DNA of 64,000 nucleotides from Candidatus Enterousia sp. (GTDB lineage Bacteria; Pseudomonadota; Alphaproteobacteria; Rs-D84): NCBI GenBank assembly GCA_045647355.1, contig JAZRMF010000005.1, positions 101,763 to 165,762 of the forward strand, read 5' to 3'. Shown piece by piece: positions 59,959 to 64,000 of this stretch (position 1 is its first letter; each line of letters starts with the position of its first letter). The notes under the pieces were generated by a model. It saw only the letters and a program-made list of their open reading frames with translations, ran no database searches and was not told where the DNA came from. The position numbers and the translations under genes were made by a program.

Positions 59959-62900
59959 TTACTGTGTAATACGCGTATTTGTTTCAAAATCACGTTCCCC
60001 ATGCAAAATACTGTCGTCATACAGGGTGTATTGTGTATTACCCTGGGTCACGTGCAGTGGCGTTAGGGTTTGATCGGTGGAACTGACCCCGATATAGAAC
60101 ACCGTATTGTCGCCAACCGGTTGGATGTTTATGGCGGGGGTGCTGGGTTTCATGGTTTTAGAATACAAGATATAATTATCAATATGCAATTTGCGGCCGC
60201 AATCGCCAACCTCGTCCGCACCATGCCCGTATCCAACGGTGGTTAACCCCGATGCGCATTGGGTATGCGTACTGGTCGAACCATAATTTACCGCCCCGCC
60301 CGGTGCCCAATATCCCGCACCGGCATCGGTGCATGTTGCATCATTTGCCGTTGCAATATATGAACCCGCCGGACAAACAAGTTGACATTGCGTGGCCAAT
60401 GTTTTCCCGGACACCGTATTTGCATCATATCCCGTTGGACACGCCGTGCACACGCCGGCATTCAAATATGTTGCGCCGGTGCATCCACCACCCGAAACAC
60501 ATGCGCCATTGTCTTCTTGGTACCCGACATCGCACGCCCATGGGCAATTATTTGTTGCGGCGGAACCACTGTATGAACTGTTTGTGGGAATTGCATTGTC
60601 GCACGCGTGACGGGTATTTTCGCCACCCGCGGAATAATACCCCGCCCCCGCATCAACACACGCATTATCAACGGCATAATATGTGGCGTCACAAAGCCAT
60701 GGACAACTGTTGGTGGTTGCGTTACCGGAATATGTGGCATGCCCCGGCGCATTAGTGCATATTGATGGGTCACTGATATCGCCATATTTGACATCGCCCG
60801 CCGCAATATAATATCCATTGGGTGCGGCGGTACAGGTCGCATCGTGTTCTGTGTGCACATAATAACCCGCGTTGCAATGGATTTTGCATTGACTGATTGA
60901 TTCTTTGTTATCGGTGGTGTCTGCATCATACCCCGTTGGACACGCCGTACAAATACCCGTCTGGGCGTCCGGATAATTCGCACCGGTACATGGATCAATG
61001 CCTTCGCAGTCATAAATACTGCCCGCATTGTTTACCGGTTCGCCATTAACAATTGTTCCCGCACCATTTGGACACTGGTTACGGACACCGGTTGAACCAT
61101 AGTTTGTATAATTTTCACCCGCATAATATCCGTATTCAACCGGACTGCATGTGGCAATCGCATCACACGCATCATCTGGGTCATCACCGTCCACAACGCA
61201 TGTGGCGGATGTAAATACCCCCGTCCCAACATTCGTATAAAATTCGCCATTGACACGGTTATAGAATCCCAACACATTATCAGTATTACGGCGGACCGGC
61301 ACCAAATCCAACTTTAAAAATGCATCCGTTGTGCCACCATCCCATAACTTGAATGAATATATGCGTCCAGAATATAATTTATCGCCCCAACGGTCGCCAA
61401 CGGTAACATTATTTTCATTCACATATGCGGCACCATTGTCAAACAAGAATACTGAATTGCCCGGGTCATTAAAATATGACGAAGATACGGTTTTAGGTGC
61501 TATCACGCCACCGTTGACCTGTAATGTACCGGTCACAGATCCCGATCCTGTCACCGTGTAATCTATGTTATATTTAACATCCGCAGCAAATGTCATATTG
61601 GCTGATCTTGCCTTTTCACCATGATCGCTCGTGTTACGCATCCAAAGTCCAAACAAATTACCCTTGTAATTAGCACTGAAACCACCTTCGTAATAAATAT
61701 TACCAAAGAAGTTACCAACATCACCCGTGGTTGGGGTCGCCCGACCCACAACAATGTTAATCTTGACATTTGTTGATGTGACGGAATATCCGGTGTTAAT
61801 AAATTGACCCGAACCATTACTCTGCAAATATTCAACGGGTGTATATTCTGTCATATATGATCCGGCACTGCAATGATGCTGACATTGATTTACCGATGTT
61901 TTGCCGTTATCCAAATTGTCGCCATAACCACTGGGGCACGCAACACATTGGTTGTTGGAATTACGGTATGTTGCACCACTGCACACGGCCAAACATTCGG
62001 ATTGACTGCCCGAATTGTTGGAACTTGTTATCTGGCCATTTGGGCACGCCGTTCGGGATCCGGTTGAACCATAATTTACTGTTGATGCCGCGGCCCAATA
62101 TCCAATGCCAACGGGAATACAACTTGTGTCGCCCGCCGCGGCCAAATATGTCCCCGCCGCACACGCAATTTGACATTGTGACGCAGATGTTTTACCCGAT
62201 ATTGTATGCGCGGTATATCCCGTCGGACATGCAACACAACTGTCTGTGCCGGAATCAAAATAGGTTGCATCCGTACACAACAACGAACATTCTGCGACAC
62301 TTTCCGCCGTCATCGTTCCCGTTCTTTCTTCGGGATGCGGACAATGTGTATGAACGCTAACCGAACCATAGTTCACTGTTTCTGCGGCCGCGTAATATCC
62401 ATCGCCTACCTCGGAACAACTTGAATCGCCCGCACGCGCTAAGTAGTGACCGGCCGCACAAAGAATCTGGCATTGGGTGTTTGATGTTTTACCACTGTCG
62501 GTATTGTATGTGTATCCCGTTGGACACGCAACACACTGGTTAACATCATTACGATATGTTGCGCCTGTACATGTCTGCAACGCATCTGGCGTTCCGGTTG
62601 AACCGTATGCGTATGTATCGGCCCCTATGTAATAACCACTGGCCACCGCAACGCATGAACCGCCGGCCGTCGCAACATATGTCCCCGCGGCACAATTAAT
62701 TTCGCATTGATTAATAGACTCTTTGGCGTCGGTGGTATTGTCTGTGTATCCCGTTGGACACGCAACGCAACCATTTGCGTCGGCGTTAACATTGTTTTCG
62801 TCGTAATATGTCGCGCCTTTACATTTGTTCGGTAATTCTTCACAAGAAACCTTGCCATTCCATTCTGTTTCATAATTTGTGATATATTGACGCATATCTG

Positions 62901-64000
62901 TAAATGATGAACAACTGGTTGCGACATTGGTTGCATTAAATGTGTTTAACCACATATCCGTGGCGGTCGGACTGCTGTTGGCAATCAAACCCGCAAATGT
63001 GGTCGGCGGAATATAGCCCGACAACAGCGTGCATCCATTAAATGTTTCACTAAACATAAAGTTTGCCGCACTGGTAATATTACTAAATAAATCAGCCGGT
63101 ATCGCGGTAATGCCCGTACAATTCTTGAATGTTCCATAGAACAAACTGGTTTCACCGCTGCTGATATCACCAAACAGTCCGGATGGTATTGTTGTCAAAC
63201 TGGTACAACCATTGAATGTATTCGCAAACATATTTTGGGCACCGGTTTCAAAATCGCCAAACAATCCAACCGGAATTGATGCGAGACCAGTACAACCTTC
63301 GAATGTACTGGAAAACATATTTTGGGTTCCGTCTGTAATATTTTCGAATAATGTCGCCGGTATAGAGGTCAAGTTTGTACATCCCTTGAACGTGTTCGTA
63401 AACAGCGGTAATTCGCCAGTACTGGTACCAAGTTGCGGAAATATCGATGATAACGAACCGGTAATAGATGCGATATTCGCCTGGGTGCCATTACTGGAAC
63501 GCCAGAACGCGATTGAAGATTCAGATCCGTATCCAGATGCAACACCACCAAACCGTATCGTATGTGCGCTGGCCGTTTCCCATGTACATGTATATGACGA
63601 TGATCCGATGCCACTGCGTATAATTTGTGTACCAGAAACACCACTGCCCGTCAGCGTTCCATCATCACCACAATCAACATAGAATGTACCCCTGGCCGCA
63701 AGTGAAAATGTTAAACTGGTTGTGTCGGATGTTGTTGTGACCGTAAATGCCGGATCTTCACACAGACCGCCAACCAGTATTTGCCCCGCCGAACATGTTG
63801 CCGTCTGACATGACACTTTGCCATCCCACAGTGTTTTATACCCGGTCGTAAATTCTGTCATTCCAGCAAAGCCATCACAACTTGTTGCCAATGTTGTTCC
63901 ACCAGTAAATGCGTACTGCCACATATTGGTTGCGGTCGGACTGCCGTTTGCAATAAGCCCACTAAATGTAGATGGTGGTATATAACCCGTCATCGCCGTA
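59959..64000 (-). CDS. giant surface/adhesin-like protein (N-terminus outside window): DUF285/BspA-like repeats, Cys-rich repeats, C-terminal beta-rich module
   Basis: repeats F..T..NMF..TF.GCT.L..IP..LF; repeated C.GATY...N.CVACPTGY.....K.S..QCQ..C.AG.Y; module shared with ORF 12854. Confidence 0.7.
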   Translation of the reverse strand, partial: TAMTGYIPPSTFSGLIANGSPTATNMWQYAFTGGTTLATSCDGFAGMTEFTTGYKTLWDGKVSCQTATCSAGQILVGGLCEDPAFTVTTTSDTTSLTFSLAARGTFYVDCGDDGTLTGSGVSGTQIIRSGIGSSSYTCTWETASAHTIRFGGVASGYGSESSIAFWRSSNGTQANIASITGSLSSIFPQLGTSTGELPLFTNTFKGCTNLTSIPATLFENITDGTQNMFSSTFEGCTGLASIPVGLFGDFETGAQNMFANTFNGCTSLTTIPSGLFGDISSGETSLFYGTFKNCTGITAIPADLFSNITSAANFMFSETFNGCTLLSGYIPPTTFAGLIANSSPTATDMWLNTFNATNVATSCSSFTDMRQYITNYETEWNGKVSCEELPNKCKGATYYDENNVNADANGCVACPTGYTDNTTDAKESINQCEINCAAGTYVATAGGSCVAVASGYYIGADTYAYGSTGTPDALQTCTGATYRNDVNQCVACPTGYTYNTDSGKTSNTQCQILCAAGHYLARAGDSSCSEVGDGYYAAAETVNYGSVSVHTHCPHPEERTGTMTAESVAECSLLCTDATYFDSGTDSCVACPTGYTAHTISGKTSASQCQIACAAGTYLAAAGDTSCIPVGIGYWAAASTVNYGSTGSRTACPNGQITSSNNSGSQSECLAVCSGATYRNSNNQCVACPSGYGDNLDNGKTSVNQCQHHCSAGSYMTEYTPVEYLQSNGSGQFINTGYSVTSTNVKINIVVGRATPTTGDVGNFFGNIYYEGGFSANYKGNLFGLWMRNTSDHGEKARSANMTFAADVKYNIDYTVTGSGSVTGTLQVNGGVIAPKTVSSSYFNDPGNSVFLFDNGAAYVNENNVTVGDRWGDKLYSGRIYSFKLWDGGTTDAFLKLDLVPVRRNTDNVLGFYNRVNGEFYTNVGTGVFTSATCVVDGDDPDDACDAIATCSPVEYGYYAGENYTNYGSTGVRNQCPNGAGTIVNGEPVNNAGSIYDCEGIDPCTGANYPDAQTGICTACPTGYDADTTDNKESISQCKIHCNAGYYVHTEHDATCTAAPNGYYIAAGDVKYGDISDPSICTNAPGHATYSGNATTNSCPWLCDATYYAVDNACVDAGAGYYSAGGENTRHACDNAIPTNSSYSGSAATNNCPWACDVGYQEDNGACVSGGGCTGATYLNAGVCTACPTGYDANTVSGKTLATQCQLVCPAGSYIATANDATCTDAGAGYWAPGGAVNYGSTSTHTQCASGLTTVGYGHGADEVGDCGRKLHIDNYILYSKTMKPSTPAINIQPVGDNTVFYIGVSSTDQTLTPLHVTQGNTQYTLYDDSILHGERDFETNTRITQ

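Noticed and set aside
60252-63682. Numerous 60-190-aa ORFs on both strands inside the giant surface-protein gene
   Set aside because: They are shadow ORFs of a long, repeat-rich coding region. The minus-strand 1344-aa frame explains the sequence.
1-64000. CRISPR arrays, IS elements/transposases, integrases, rRNA genes
   Set aside because: No regularly spaced short repeats with unique spacers, and no transposase or integrase-like ORF (DDE, tyrosine recombinase R..H..R..Y, serine recombinase) could be recognised. The repeats present are tRNA-derived or long segmental duplications.

Overview
This 64-kb window looks proteobacterial (probably alphaproteobacterial, with a low-GC, symbiont-like signal). 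That reading rests on the gene set and codon usage alone; I could not run BLAST, HMMER or Rfam, and every protein and RNA family call below comes from reading motifs in the sequence.

**Housekeeping backbone.**
- An mlaF/mlaD/auxiliary-lipoprotein transport operon.
- RNase E/G, ribosomal proteins L28 and S1, a ClpB without its N-domain, CorA, adenylate kinase, tRNA-Leu(CAA) and tRNA-Asn(GTT).

**Accessory features worth a second look.**
1. A roughly 200-nt conserved structured leader with its own sigma70 promoter and a terminator-like hairpin occurs three times. Each copy sits upstream of a secreted or lipoprotein gene. It behaves like a riboswitch or attenuator and I could not match it to a known class.
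2. Two of those leaders head two-gene modules: a lipoprotein followed by a TPR plus beta-barrel protein that resembles a Slam/DUF560 surface-lipoprotein translocon. Both modules lie in tandem cassettes next to tRNA-Asn.
3. The tRNA-Asn locus is a recombination hotspot. Four direct repeats of 'tRNA promoter plus the 5' 38 nt of tRNA-Asn through the anticodon loop' delimit three cassettes upstream. A 17-bp anticodon-loop direct repeat flanks a roughly 6-kb island downstream that carries a restriction-modification/defence set: a ParB-like protein, a Dam-like methyltransferase, a putative restriction endonuclease and an NPPY N6-adenine methyltransferase. No integrase is visible.
4. A tightly packed minus-strand operon (about 25.5 to 32.8 kb) looks like an uncharacterised biosynthetic cluster: two radical-SAM/SPASM enzymes, an HD hydrolase, an AlaRS catalytic-domain paralog, an APH-like kinase, a peptidase S51 and a GT9 glycosyltransferase. 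Nearby are a divergent MetK paralog, a Nudix hydrolase, an NrtR-like regulator and an ACP fused to an isochorismatase/nicotinamidase-like hydrolase.
5. Two tandem BspA-type leucine-rich-repeat proteins sit between adk and rpsA.
6. A family of small secreted repeat proteins precedes a giant (more than 1344 aa) surface protein with DUF285-like and Cys-rich repeats. Its C-terminal module recurs in the leader-controlled secreted protein at 12854.
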